A DNA stretch of 64,000 nt from an uncultured Gemmatimonadales bacterium (lineage in GTDB: Bacteria; Gemmatimonadota; Gemmatimonadetes; Gemmatimonadales; GWC2-71-9): contig CAVOGR010000001.1 in NCBI GenBank assembly GCA_963695555.1, positions 960,001 through 1,024,000 on the forward strand, written 5' to 3'. Made by a program: the position numbers and the translations under genes. The notes under the pieces are model-generated. The model saw nothing but the letters and a program-made list of their open reading frames with translations, searched no databases and was not told where the DNA came from. Shown one piece after another: positions 28,639-39,173 of the stretch (position 1 is its first letter; each line of letters opens with the position of its first letter).

Positions 28639-31364
28639 GCGCAGCCGAGCAGCCGTCGCTTCTCCGCCAGCACCGTCGACTGCTCTTGCCACGCGCTGAG
28701 TTTGCGGCGCTCGTTGTCCACCACCAGGGCCGGGGCTCGCTCGACGAACTGTGTATTGGCGAGCTTGCGGTGTTGGGTCGCAAGCAGTTTCCCGAGCCGC
28801 TCGATCTCCGTGCCCAGCCTGGCGCACTCGCGCGCGATGTCGATCGCATCGCCCAGCGGTACGAAGATGCCGTTGCCATCGGACAGTACGTCGTGCGCGC
28901 CCGGTTCGTCGGTCGGCTCCCCGAAGCTCAGGTCGGCCACCTTCGCGAGGCGTCGAATAGTCTCTCCCTCCGACTCGAACACCGGATTTCGCCACGCGAG
29001 GCGGACATGCACCTGGCGTCCCGGCTCCACGTGGTACTCCGCTCGAATGGCCCGAATCGCACCGACCAATTCCTGGACCAGTGAGAAGGCGCGTTCCGCT
29101 TCCGGATCGCCGGCCCGCGGGTCGGGCAGTGGCCATGGCGCGCGCATGATGCTCGCCCCTGCGGCGTGTCCCGGCAGCTGCTGCCACAGGGTCTCCGTAA
29201 TGAACGGCATGATGGGATGGAGCAGCCGGAGCGCCACTTCAAAGGTCTTCACCACGACGGCCCGTGCAACGTCTCCACCGGGCTCGTCTCCGTAGAGCCG
29301 CGGCTTGACCTGTTCGAGGTACCAGTCGGCAAGGTCCGACCAGAGGAAGCGGTACACGGCATTGGCCGCGTCATTCAACCTGAACCGCTCGTACGCCTCC
29401 GTTGCCGTGACGACGGTGCTCTGGCATCGGGCGATGATCCACCGATCGGGCAGCGTGAGTTCCTCGGGCCGGACCACGGCTGGATCGGGCCCCGCGAGTG
29501 GCCGGGTCGGTCCGTCGATGTTGGTCAGGATGAACCGGGCGGCGTTCCAGAGCTTGTTCGCAAAATTCCGTCCCGCGGCAAAGGACGATTCGAGGTCGTC
29601 GGGATCGAGGATCAGGTCGGTGCCGACCGCCATGCCTGAGATCATCGTGAAGCGGAGCGCGTCGGCGCCGTAATGCTCGACCACCTCGAGCGGATCGATT
29701 CCATTGCCCAGCGATTTGGACATCTTGCGGTGCTGCGTGTCGCGCACGGTGCCGTGGAGATACACCGTGGAGAAGGGCACATCGCCCATGAATTCGATGC
29801 CGGCCATGACCATTCGTGCCACCCAGAAGAACAGGATCTCGGGTGCAGTCACCAGCGTGCTCCCGGGGTAGAACGCATCGAGATCGGGCGTCTCGTCCGG
29901 CCACCCCAAGCTGCTGAACGGGACGAGCCACGAGGAAAACCAGGTGTCGAGCACGTCCTCGTCCTGCCGAACGTCGCCGCCGCACGCGGAACAGGCGGTC
30001 ACGTCGGTGCGGCTCACCGTCATCGTTCCGCAGGCCGGATCGGCACAGTACCACACCGGAATGCGGTGGCCCCACCACAGCTGCCGCGAGATACACCAGT
30101 CCCGGATATTTTCCATCCACTGCGCGTAATCGTCGCCGCGGCGTGCCGGTATGAATGACAGCCGGCCGTCGCGGTAGGCCTCGAGGGCGGGCTTGGCCAG
30201 CGGGGCCATCTTGACGAACCATTGCTCGGACAAGCGGGGTTCGATGACCGTGTGGCACCGGTAGCAGTGCCCAACCGCGTGCCGGTGCGGTTCGACTTTT
30301 TCGAGCAATCCGGCTGCATCGAACTCCGCCACGACACGAGCCCGGGCTTCGAAGCGATCCAGGCCGCGGAAGCGAGGCGGGGCAGCATCGCTGATGCGCG
30401 CCTCGGGGGTGAGGATGTCGATGACGGGCAGGTTGTGGCGCAGTCCGATCTCGAAATCGAGGGGATCGTGCGCCGGGGTCACTTTGACGGCGCCGGTGCC
30501 AAACGACGGGTCGACCCCGGCATCGGCTACGATGGGAACCTCGCGGTCGGCCACGGGAAGGCGCACAGTCTTGCCGATCATCGCGGCAAAGCGCTCATCG
30601 TCGGGATGCACGGCGACTGCGGTGTCTCCCAACATGGTTTCGGGGCGCGTGGTCGCGACGACCATGTGCCCGCTGCCCGATGCAAGCGGATAGCGCAGAT
30701 ACCAGAGGGAGCCGTCCACATCGCGCTTTTCCGCTTCCTCGTTGGACAGCGCCGTGTGGCAGCGAGGGCACCAATTGATGATGTAGTTGCCGCGGTAGAT
30801 CAGGCCACGCTCGTACAGGCGCACAAAGGCTTCCCGGACCGCGCGCGACAGCTGCGGATCCAAGGTGAAGTACGTGCGGGACCAATCACAACTTGCACCG
30901 ATGGCTTTGAGCTGGTCGAGAATCGTGGCCCCGGTCTCGCGAACGTGTGCCCAGACCCGGGCTTCGAACTTGGCTCGGCCGATGTCGTGGCGCGTCGTGT
31001 GGTCCTGGAGCATCAGGCGTTCCACGACGTTTTGCGTCGCGATCCCCGCGTGGTCCGTGCCCGGAAGCCACAGCACTTCCTTGCCGCGCATCCGCTCGAA
31101 CCGGACCAGCACATCTTGAACGGTGTTGTTGAGGCCGTGCCCCATGTGCAAGCTGGCCGTCACGTTGGGCGGCGGCATCATGATCACGTAGCGGGGCCGT
31201 GGCGACGTCCGGTCGGCCGCAAAGAAGTGAGCCGCCGACCACCAGTGGTACAGGCTGCCTTCGATCTCGCCTGGTGCGTAGTGCGAGGCGGATCCTAAGA
31301 GCTTGCCCGCGATGCCGGGGAGCCCACCCTCGATGGTCGCACCGCGCTGGAGCGTGTGGCTCAT
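28635..31364 (-). CDS. valS: Valine--tRNA ligase
   Basis: PPPNVTASLHMGH, ATTRPET, DWCISRQLWWGH, DVLDTWFSS, KMSKS, C-terminal coiled coil. Confidence 0.96.
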   Translation of the reverse strand: MSHTLQRGATIEGGLPGIAGKLLGSASHYAPGEIEGSLYHWWSAAHFFAADRTSPRPRYVIMMPPPNVTASLHMGHGLNNTVQDVLVRFERMRGKEVLWLPGTDHAGIATQNVVERLMLQDHTTRHDIGRAKFEARVWAHVRETGATILDQLKAIGASCDWSRTYFTLDPQLSRAVREAFVRLYERGLIYRGNYIINWCPRCHTALSNEEAEKRDVDGSLWYLRYPLASGSGHMVVATTRPETMLGDTAVAVHPDDERFAAMIGKTVRLPVADREVPIVADAGVDPSFGTGAVKVTPAHDPLDFEIGLRHNLPVIDILTPEARISDAAPPRFRGLDRFEARARVVAEFDAAGLLEKVEPHRHAVGHCYRCHTVIEPRLSEQWFVKMAPLAKPALEAYRDGRLSFIPARRGDDYAQWMENIRDWCISRQLWWGHRIPVWYCADPACGTMTVSRTDVTACSACGGDVRQDEDVLDTWFSSWLVPFSSLGWPDETPDLDAFYPGSTLVTAPEILFFWVARMVMAGIEFMGDVPFSTVYLHGTVRDTQHRKMSKSLGNGIDPLEVVEHYGADALRFTMISGMAVGTDLILDPDDLESSFAAGRNFANKLWNAARFILTNIDGPTRPLAGPDPAVVRPEELTLPDRWIIARCQSTVVTATEAYERFRLNDAANAVYRFLWSDLADWYLEQVKPRLYGDEPGGDVARAVVVKTFEVALRLLHPIMPFITETLWQQLPGHAAGASIMRAPWPLPDPRAGDPEAERAFSLVQELVGAIRAIRAEYHVEPGRQVHVRLAWRNPVFESEGETIRRLAKVADLSFGEPTDEPGAHDVLSDGNGIFVPLGDAIDIARECARLGTEIERLGKLLATQHRKLANTQFVERAPALVVDNERRKLSAWQEQSTVLAEKRRLLGCA

Positions 31365-31792
31365 GCGCTTTGGTCGGTAAGCCTCAGGTCGGGAATGCGG
31401 CGCTGGTCATCTTCGCCCCGGACCAGCACGCTGTTGATGAGGGTGTCGACGGCGGGCAGGCTGTGCACCAGTCGGGCGGCTCGGGTCCGGGCGGCGCGGT
31501 CGGCCACCCAGCCGGTCACTTCCACCGTGTGCGGGCCCACCGCACGGGCTGACAGGGTCGCGAACGCCGGATCTCCGGCCAACGCCGCCTGCGCCTCCGC
31601 GGTCACCTTGCCGGCCGTCGGACGTGCTGCTCGGCGCCCGCTCGGTATGCGGGACGGGCCGCGTCGGCCTCGGCGGGGTGGGGTCGGCCCAAACCACTCG
31701 CCGAGGAGGAGGCCGGCCATGAGTCCCGCCGCAAATCCTGCGATGGACCATCCGGCGGCTTGGCTCGGGCTCAGGTGCTCTTTCCGGTACAC
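31361..31792 (-). CDS. Membrane-anchored BON-domain protein
   Basis: TM GFAAGLMAGLLLG, VEVTGWV...LINSVLV; GAGG RBS before GTG. Confidence 0.7.
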   Translation of the reverse strand: MYRKEHLSPSQAAGWSIAGFAAGLMAGLLLGEWFGPTPPRRGRRGPSRIPSGRRAARPTAGKVTAEAQAALAGDPAFATLSARAVGPHTVEVTGWVADRAARTRAARLVHSLPAVDTLINSVLVRGEDDQRRIPDLRLTDQSA

Positions 31793-31887
31793 GCTTTCCT
31801 CTTACATATGATTTTGTTCTGCGGTTAAGTTAACACGGTTCTGCACCGAATTGAGAGATCGGTTTCCAGTCTGGCGTGGGGTGAACG

Positions 31888-32040
31888 ATGGCCGAGGAAA
31901 AGGTGAGGGTGACAACGACGGAGTGGGCTCGGTGGCTGCCCGTTCTGGCCATCGTACTGATTGGGGTCGTGCTGTTCTTCTGGTTTCTTGGCTCGAGCCA
32001 GAGCGGCTCGGTCCCGGGCGCGGTGGGAGGCCGGCCGTGA
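31888..32040 (+). CDS. Small single-TM protein (50 aa), absent from the ORF track
   Basis: MAEEKVRVTTTEWARWLPVLAIVLIGVVLFFWFLGSSQSGSVPGAVGGRP*; GTGA overlap with thrS. Confidence 0.65.
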   Translation: MAEEKVRVTTTEWARWLPVLAIVLIGVVLFFWFLGSSQSGSVPGAVGGRP

Positions 32041-33974
32041 GTATTCGGTTGACCCTTCCGGACGGCAGCGTTCGCGAGGTGCCGCAGGGGACGACACCGG
32101 CCGAGGTAGCCCGGCAGATTGGCGCGGGGCTCGCCAAGGCCGCGATCGCGGCGCGAGTCAATGGGACGGTGTGGGACCTCCATCGGCCACTCGAGGGAGA
32201 TGCGGAGTTTGCCATCCTCACGGATCGTGATCCCGCTGCCCTCGAGGTGCTGCGTCACTCCTCGGCCCACATTCTGGCCACCGCGGTTCGCGAGATCTTT
32301 CCGGAGGCCGGCATCGGGTTCGGACCGCCGATCGAGGACGGCTTCTACTACGACTTCGACGTTCCGCGTCCCTTCACGCCGGAGGATCTCGCCGAAATCG
32401 AATCACGCATGCGTGGGGTGGTCGCGCGCGACGACACCTTCCTGCGGGAAGTCGTCGATCGGGAGACGGCCAACGCCCGATTCGCAGACGACGCCCTGAA
32501 ACTGGAGCGGATCGAAGAACTCGGGGACGACGAGGTGATCTCGATCTATACCGATGGCCCGTTCACGGATCTGTGCCGCGGCCCGCACATCCCGAGTACC
32601 GGCCGAGTCAAGCATTTCAAGCTGCTGCACGCCGCCGCCGCATACTGGCGCGGTGATGAGCGCCGCCAGTCGCTCCAGCGCATCTACGGGACGGCGTGGT
32701 TCACCAAGGAGGATCTGGAGGGCTATCTCCACCGCTTGGAGGAGGCCAAGAAACGGGACCACCGGGTGCTCGGGCGTCAGCTCGACCTGTATTCGATCCA
32801 GGAAGAGGTTGGCCCGGGGCTCGTGTTCTGGCACCCCAAGGGAGCAATGGTGAAGTGGTTGCTGTCGCGCGCGGTTGAGGATGACAACCTCGCGGCGGGC
32901 TATGAGCTCGTATACACGCCCAACATCACACGCGAGGATCTGTTCCGGATCTCCGGCCATCTGCCGCTCTACGAGGCCCAGCAGTATCCGGCCATGGGGG
33001 CCGGGCACGAAGAAGCCGAGCATGTGCACTATCGGGTCAAGCCCATGAACTGCCCCATGCACACGCTCATTTACGCGTCGAAGCAGCGGAGCTACCGCGA
33101 TCTGCCCGTGCGGCTGTCGGAAGTGGCCAACGTGTATCGCAACGAGCGGTCGGGAACGTTGCACGGGCTCTTGCGCGTGCGGGGCCTGTGCATGGACGAT
33201 GCCCACATTTTCTGCACGCCGGAGCAGGCGGAAGATGAAATCTTCCTCTGTCTCGACCAGGTCGACCGCATGATCCGGCGCACGTTCGGGTTCACCCTCG
33301 ATTTCGAGGTGTCGACTCGGCCGGAAGAAAAGTTGGGTGAGGACGCCGCATGGGACCAGGCGGAAGCCATCCTGAAGCGCGCGCTCGAGCGCAAGGAGAT
33401 CCCCTATACGATCGACGAAGGCGGCGGTGCGTTCTACGGCCCCAAAATCGATATCAAGTTCCTGGACGCCATCGGCCGTGCCTGGCAGGGGCCGACCATC
33501 CAGCTGGACTTCCAGCTCCCCGAACGGTTCGAGCTGGAGTACATCGGATCCGATAATCAGCCCCACCGGCCCATCATGATCCACCGCGCGATCTACGGCA
33601 CGCTCGAGCGGTTCATTGGAACCCTGATCGAGCACTTCGCCGGGGCATTTCCGGTCTGGCTCGCGCCGGAACAAGTGCGGGTGATCCCCATTTCGGATGG
33701 TCAGGCAGACGGCGCTCGGCGCGTGTCGGAGGCGCTGCGTGCCGCCGGCCTCCGGGTGTATCTGGACGACCGGCCGGAGACGTTGAATTACCGCATTCGC
33801 GAGGGTGAAGTCGCCAAGGTCCCCTACATGGCGGTCATCGGCCAGCGGGAGATGGATGCCGGCAGCGTGGCCGTGCGGGTCCGGGGTGCCGGGAAGAAGC
33901 AGGAAATCATCGCGCTCGACGCCTTCGTCGCCCGGGTGACGGACCAGGTCCGCTCCCGCGCCTTGGAGCCCTAG
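32037..33974 (+). CDS. thrS: Threonine--tRNA ligase
   Basis: TGS domain, HSSAHILA, DLCRGPH, KPMNCP, YRNERSG, AFYGPKID, HRAIYGTLERF. Confidence 0.96.
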   Translation: MSIRLTLPDGSVREVPQGTTPAEVARQIGAGLAKAAIAARVNGTVWDLHRPLEGDAEFAILTDRDPAALEVLRHSSAHILATAVREIFPEAGIGFGPPIEDGFYYDFDVPRPFTPEDLAEIESRMRGVVARDDTFLREVVDRETANARFADDALKLERIEELGDDEVISIYTDGPFTDLCRGPHIPSTGRVKHFKLLHAAAAYWRGDERRQSLQRIYGTAWFTKEDLEGYLHRLEEAKKRDHRVLGRQLDLYSIQEEVGPGLVFWHPKGAMVKWLLSRAVEDDNLAAGYELVYTPNITREDLFRISGHLPLYEAQQYPAMGAGHEEAEHVHYRVKPMNCPMHTLIYASKQRSYRDLPVRLSEVANVYRNERSGTLHGLLRVRGLCMDDAHIFCTPEQAEDEIFLCLDQVDRMIRRTFGFTLDFEVSTRPEEKLGEDAAWDQAEAILKRALERKEIPYTIDEGGGAFYGPKIDIKFLDAIGRAWQGPTIQLDFQLPERFELEYIGSDNQPHRPIMIHRAIYGTLERFIGTLIEHFAGAFPVWLAPEQVRVIPISDGQADGARRVSEALRAAGLRVYLDDRPETLNYRIREGEVAKVPYMAVIGQREMDAGSVAVRVRGAGKKQEIIALDAFVARVTDQVRSRALEP

Positions 33975-34097
33975 CGAGCGCCTCGGGCCTTGCTTGAACC
34001 GAGCCCCGGAGCGGGCTACCATTCAGGGCCTGCCGTCCCCCCGGGCGGGCTGTTCCCAGACCCAGCACATAGTGAACCCGGTGGAAGGCAGGTCCCC

Positions 34098-35285
34098 GTG
34101 AGCGACGCGACAACAGCGGTTCTCCTGGCTGCCGTTCGGACCCCAGTGGGACGATACCTGGGCGGCCTCTCCTCATTCAGCGCACCCCAACTCGGCAGCA
34201 TGGTCATTCGGGAGGCAGTGGCCCGGGCCGGCCTCGACGGCTCGGTCATCGACGAGGTCATCATGGGCCACGTGCTGCAAGGCGGCAGCGGTCAGGCCCC
34301 CGCACGGCAGGCCATGATTCACGCCGGCCTGCCGGGCACCATCCCGGCACTCACGATCAACAAGGTCTGCGGGTCCGGACTCAAGGCCGTGATGCTGGCC
34401 GCGCAGGCCATCCGCGCGGGCGACGCGCAATGCATCGTCGCGGGAGGGCAAGAGGCCATGTCGGCCTCGCCCCACTACCTCTACGGCATGCGTGGCGGCA
34501 TCAAGGCCGGCAATCAGACCCTCGTGGATGGGATGATCCATGATGGGCTGTGGGATTCCTTTGGCGACAACCACATGGGGTCCTACGCCGAGTACACCGC
34601 CCGCAAGGCCTCGATCAGCCGCGCCGACCAGGATGAGTTCGCCTACCACAGCCATCGCAAAGCCATTGCCGCGATGGAAGCGGGGAAGTTCGAGGCGGAA
34701 ATCCTTCCAGTGGAAATTGCAGGCAAGAAGGGCACCACGGTGGTGTCCGCGGATGAAAGCCCGCGCAAAGAGACGTCGATCGAGGCGCTGGCCAAGCTCA
34801 AGCCGGCCTTTGAGAAGGACGGCACGGTCACGCCGGGTAACGCGCCGGGTCTGAACGACGGAGCCAGCGCCCTGGTCGTGACCTCGCTTGCATTTGCGAA
34901 GGCGCACGGTCTGACTCCGCTGGCTACAGTGACCGGATACGCGACCGGCGGCGGGGAACCAAAGGAGCTCTTCTTCGCGCCGATCGAGGCCGTGAAGAAC
35001 CTGATGGCGAAGTCGAAGACCACGATTTCGGATTACGACCTGATCGAAGCCAACGAGGCGTTCGCCGTGCAGGCGCTGGCCGACGGCCGCGCGCTGGGAT
35101 GGGATTGGGACCGGGTGAATGTGCACGGCGGCGCGGTTGCCCTGGGCCATCCCATCGGGGCGAGCGGCGCGCGCGTGCTTACCACTCTGTTGTACGCCAT
35201 GCAGGACCGGGGCGCCGCGACGGGCCTGGCCACCTTGTGTCTCGGTGGCGGCAACGCAGTTGCCTTGAGCGTTCAGCGATCTTAA
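34098..35285 (+). CDS. Acetyl-CoA C-acetyltransferase (thiolase)
   Basis: [25 protein letters not shown]. Confidence 0.93.
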   Translation: MSDATTAVLLAAVRTPVGRYLGGLSSFSAPQLGSMVIREAVARAGLDGSVIDEVIMGHVLQGGSGQAPARQAMIHAGLPGTIPALTINKVCGSGLKAVMLAAQAIRAGDAQCIVAGGQEAMSASPHYLYGMRGGIKAGNQTLVDGMIHDGLWDSFGDNHMGSYAEYTARKASISRADQDEFAYHSHRKAIAAMEAGKFEAEILPVEIAGKKGTTVVSADESPRKETSIEALAKLKPAFEKDGTVTPGNAPGLNDGASALVVTSLAFAKAHGLTPLATVTGYATGGGEPKELFFAPIEAVKNLMAKSKTTISDYDLIEANEAFAVQALADGRALGWDWDRVNVHGGAVALGHPIGASGARVLTTLLYAMQDRGAATGLATLCLGGGNAVALSVQRS

Positions 35286-35300
35286 CCGACCGAGGAGTCG

Positions 35301-35876
35301 ATGGCATACCTGGAAAGCGCTAGTCACACGGCCGGTCGGACACCGGCTCTCACGCTACGGTGGGGCCTCGCCCTGGTCGTGGCGGCAGTGGTGGTGGCCC
35401 TGGCCGCTCGCATCGCGGTGCCGGTGCCCGGAACGCCGGTCCCGATGGCGCTGTCGCCGCTCGCGGTCCTAGTCGTCGGTGGTATCCTCGGCGCGCGCGG
35501 CGGGGCCGGCGCGCTGGCCGGCTACGTTGGGGCGGGCGCGACCGGTCTGCCCGTGTTCGCGGCCGGCGGCGGAGCGGCCTATCTCCTCGGACCTACCGGA
35601 GGGTATGTGCTTGCGTTCCCGATTGCCGCGGCAATCGTTGGGGCCCTCGCCGCGCCAGGCCGATTGGGGCGCTCGACCCTTGCGGCGGCTGCCGGGATGG
35701 CCGTGATCCACCTGGGCGGCATCGCCCAACTGACGATCCTCGGCGGCGATGTGGCCCAGGCGTGGCGCTGGGGTTCACTACCGTTTCTTCTCGGAGATGT
35801 GCTCAAGATCGCGATCGCGGGCGTCCTCATCGCTCGGGTGATGCCTTCGGTCCGCTCGTATCTCGCCGCTCGGTGA
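35301..35876 (+). CDS. bioY: Biotin transporter BioY
   Basis: PVP, GLPVFA, GPTGGY, PFLLGDVLK. Confidence 0.88.
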   Translation: MAYLESASHTAGRTPALTLRWGLALVVAAVVVALAARIAVPVPGTPVPMALSPLAVLVVGGILGARGGAGALAGYVGAGATGLPVFAAGGGAAYLLGPTGGYVLAFPIAAAIVGALAAPGRLGRSTLAAAAGMAVIHLGGIAQLTILGGDVAQAWRWGSLPFLLGDVLKIAIAGVLIARVMPSVRSYLAAR

Positions 35877-35886
35877 GGAGCTGTCC

Positions 35887-36759
35887 GTGGCGACCAACCA
35901 GGCGCACCCCGTGAAGGCGCTTGCGTGGGCGGTGGGGTTTCTGGTGGTCGCCTTCGTGCTTGCGATGGCCCTGGCGGGGCTCAGCGCCGCCGCGATGATT
36001 GGCGGACTCCAGTCCGGGTCTGAATGGCTTCGGGTCTCGGGCCCCGCGCAGATCCTGCTGCAGGGCATTTCGTTGACCGCGGGCGCGCTCCTGGCCACGT
36101 ACGTGATCGGGGTCAGGGTCCTCGGCATGGATCTCGAGACGCTGCGGTGGCGGGGCGCCGATTGGAGTGCGCGGCCCGTGCGGTGGGGGCTCGCGTTAGG
36201 GGTAGCCGCCGCGGCCCTGACGGTGCTGCTTTCGGTCGCGGTGGGACGCGCACGGTGGGTCGATGACGGCGGGACGCTCATGCAGTTCATGACGCGCGCG
36301 ATCGAGACGCTCGTGGTGCTCGCTCCCGCCGCGTTGAGCGAGGAGCTCATCTTCCGCGGCGTGCCGCTCGTCCTGGCGTCGAAGCTCTTCGGACGCGCGC
36401 CGGCCGTGATCCTGATGGCGATTATCTTCGGCTTGGCCCACGCCCTCAACCCAAACGTCACTCCCCAAGGGGTGGCCAACGTGGTGCTGGCCGGTCTGTT
36501 TCTGGGCACGGCCTTTTATTGTCCCGGCGGGCTCTGGACTGCGTTCGCAGCCCACCTCGGGTGGAATGTTACCTTAGCCGTGTCTGGGGCGGCGGTGAGC
36601 GGAGTGCCGTTCGACATTCCTGCGGTAGACTTCCACCCGGGAGGGCCGGGCTGGCTCACCGGCGGCAGCTTCGGACCGGAAGGCGGGTTGCTGGCGACCC
36701 TCGCCCTCGGGGCGGGGACGCTGATTGCGGTCCGCTGGGCACGAAAGGACACGGTATGA
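35887..36759 (+). CDS. CPBP/CAAX family intramembrane metalloprotease
   Basis: EELIFRG, FGLAH, HLGWN, FGPEG. Confidence 0.88.
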   Translation: MATNQAHPVKALAWAVGFLVVAFVLAMALAGLSAAAMIGGLQSGSEWLRVSGPAQILLQGISLTAGALLATYVIGVRVLGMDLETLRWRGADWSARPVRWGLALGVAAAALTVLLSVAVGRARWVDDGGTLMQFMTRAIETLVVLAPAALSEELIFRGVPLVLASKLFGRAPAVILMAIIFGLAHALNPNVTPQGVANVVLAGLFLGTAFYCPGGLWTAFAAHLGWNVTLAVSGAAVSGVPFDIPAVDFHPGGPGWLTGGSFGPEGGLLATLALGAGTLIAVRWARKDTV

Positions 36760-37610
36760 CACGGGCAGCGGTGGTAGGGGCCGGCACAATGGGGAATGGC
36801 ATCGCTCATGTCTTCGCGCTGAGCGGATGGGACGTGCAGCTGGTGGACGTTGACCAAGGCGCGCTCGACGCTGCAATCGCCACGATACGGAAGAACCTGG
36901 ACCGGCAAGTGCAGAAGGGGAAGGTGGCCGCGGAGGATGCAAAAGCGGCCCTCGGCCGGATCAGTCCTTCGCTCGAGATCGGCGCGGTCGCGGGAAGCGC
37001 CATCGTGATCGAGGCGGCGAGCGAGAATCCGGACGTCAAATTCTCGCTCTTTTCGTCCATGGATGCCCACGCAGGACCGGACGCGGTGCTGGCGACGAAT
37101 ACCAGCTCCATTTCGATCACCGAGATCGCGGCGCATACGCATCGCCCCGACAAAGTGATCGGCATGCATTTCATGAACCCCGTGCCGGTCATGCAGTTGG
37201 TGGAGGTGATTCGAGGTCACGCAACCAGCGATGCCACCGCCGCGCGGGTGATGGACTTGGCGCGCGACCTGGGCAAGACGCCGGTCGAGGTCAACGACTA
37301 TCCAGGCTTCGTGTCGAACCGTGTGTTGATGCCTATGATCAACGAAGCGGTGTACTGTGTAATGGAAGGCGTTGCAGCACCGGAAGCGGTAGACACGGTG
37401 ATGAAGCTTGGCATGGCCCATCCCATGGGGCCACTTGCATTGGCAGACCTGATCGGTCTCGATGTGTGCCTCGCGATTCTCGAGGTCTTACACCGTGGGC
37501 TGGGAGACGACAAGTATCGACCGTGCCCGTTGCTTCGGCGGATGGTGGCGGCCGGTGCGATCGGGCGAAAGAGTGGCCGCGGCTTTTACGAATACACGGC
37601 AACCGGCTGA
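36756..37610 (+). CDS. hbd: 3-hydroxybutyryl-CoA dehydrogenase
   Basis: GAGTMG, NTSS, GMHFMNP, GFVSNR, PMGP, GRKSGRGFY. Confidence 0.9.
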   Translation: MTRAAVVGAGTMGNGIAHVFALSGWDVQLVDVDQGALDAAIATIRKNLDRQVQKGKVAAEDAKAALGRISPSLEIGAVAGSAIVIEAASENPDVKFSLFSSMDAHAGPDAVLATNTSSISITEIAAHTHRPDKVIGMHFMNPVPVMQLVEVIRGHATSDATAARVMDLARDLGKTPVEVNDYPGFVSNRVLMPMINEAVYCVMEGVAAPEAVDTVMKLGMAHPMGPLALADLIGLDVCLAILEVLHRGLGDDKYRPCPLLRRMVAAGAIGRKSGRGFYEYTATG

Positions 37611-37630
37611 CACAGGGAGCATACACCGTT

Positions 37631-38700
37631 ATGGACATGTTCGAATCCATCCAGGCCCGGAACCATGAACAGGTTGTGTTCTGCTACGAACCGTCCTGCG
37701 ACTACAAGGGCATCATAGCCATCCATGACACGACGCTCGGGCCCGCGCTCGGCGGCACCCGGTTCTGGAACTACAAGAGCACCGATGAAGCGCTGGTCGA
37801 CGTCCTTCGGTTGTCGCGAGGGATGACCTATAAGGCCGCCGTCGCCGGGCTGTCGTTGGGCGGGGGCAAAGCCGTGATCATCGGCGACAACAAGCGCAAC
37901 GACCGAGAGGCGCTGTTCCGGACCCACGGCCGCTTCGTCGAATCGCTGGGCGGCCGCTATATCACGGCGGAGGATGTCGGTACGAGCCCGGCCGATATGG
38001 ACTTCGTGCATTTCGAGACGAATCACGTGACCGGTCTTCAAGGCCTCTCGGGCGATCCTTCCCCGGTCACGGCCTACGGCGTCTATGTCGGAATCAAGGC
38101 CGCTGCCAAGAAACACTGGGGATCGGACAGCCTCGCCAAGCGCGTGGTCGCCATCCAAGGGTGCGGCAACGTCGGACGGTGGCTGGCGTCCTACCTTCAC
38201 GAAGAGGGAACGAAGCTCATCGTGAGCGATGTCGATGACAGCAAGGTCAAACGGCTGGTCGATGCGACCGGGGCAACCGCGGTTGCCCCCGAGGCAATTT
38301 ACGATCAGCAAGCCGATGTCTTTGCTCCCTGCGCACTTGGCGCCATCGTCAACGACAACACGATTCCCCGGTTCAAAGTCGAGATCATCGCGGGCGGTGC
38401 CAACAACCAGCTGGCCGAGGCGCGGCACGGCGCCGAGCTGGAGGCGCGGAACATCTCCTATGCCCCGGACTATGTGATCAACGGTGGCGGGTTGATCAAT
38501 GTATGGGGAGAGATCAATAAGTGGTCCTCGGAGCGATCGAAAAAGAAGGCTGCCGAGATCTACGACGCGATCCTGAAGATCTTTGCGATCGCGGAGCGGG
38601 AAGGTATCCCGTCTAATGAGGCGGCCGATCGCTGGCGGAGGAGCGCGTCCTCGCGGTCCGGGCCATGTCGAAGATGTGGCTGCCCCGCGCGCGACGATAA
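37631..38700 (+). CDS. Glu/Leu/Phe/Val (leucine-type) dehydrogenase; frameshift near 38632
   Basis: GPALGGTR, GMTYK, GGGK, AEDVG, GCGNVG, GANNQL; natural C-terminus LAEERV...PRARR* lies in another frame ending TAA 38700. Confidence 0.88.
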
Positions 38701-38727
38701 CAGCACCGTAGTCGTATATTGCCATCC

Positions 38728-39165
38728 ATGGGCGAGACGATTCCAATTGGTGCGGATCATGCCGGGTACGCGCTCAAGACGAGGCTCCTGGCCGAGCTCC
38801 GGACTTTGGGGTTCGAGCCGCTCGATCTCGGCGTCTACAACGCCGACGCGGCCGATTACCCGGAGTTCGCTCATGCGGTCGCAAGCCGAGTAGAACGGGG
38901 AGAGGCCAAGCGGGGGGTCCTCCTCTGCGGGACCGGGCTCGGGATGTCCTACGCGGCCAACCGCCACCACGGGGTTCGCGCTGCGGTCACATGGAATGCG
39001 GACATTGCCAGGCTGGCCCGCCAGCACAATGATGCCAACGTCCTGATCCTGCCGGCCCGGTTCGTCAGCGAGGAGGAAGGGGTGGAGATCTTGCACGCAT
39101 GGCTAACAACGCCGTTTGAAGGCGGCAGACACGAGCGCCGCGTGCGCGAGATTGATCAGGAGTGA
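38728..39165 (+). CDS. rpiB: Ribose-5-phosphate isomerase B
   Basis: GADHAG, DYP, CGTGLG, HNDAN, FEGGRHERR. Confidence 0.92.
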   Translation: MGETIPIGADHAGYALKTRLLAELRTLGFEPLDLGVYNADAADYPEFAHAVASRVERGEAKRGVLLCGTGLGMSYAANRHHGVRAAVTWNADIARLARQHNDANVLILPARFVSEEEGVEILHAWLTTPFEGGRHERRVREIDQE

Positions 39166-39173
39166 GCTGAGCC

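Noticed and set aside
32403..34022. Long antisense ORFs such as this 539-aa frame (also 21081-22571, 47751-49466)
   Set aside because: Shadow frames opposite well-supported genes, expected in high-GC DNA.
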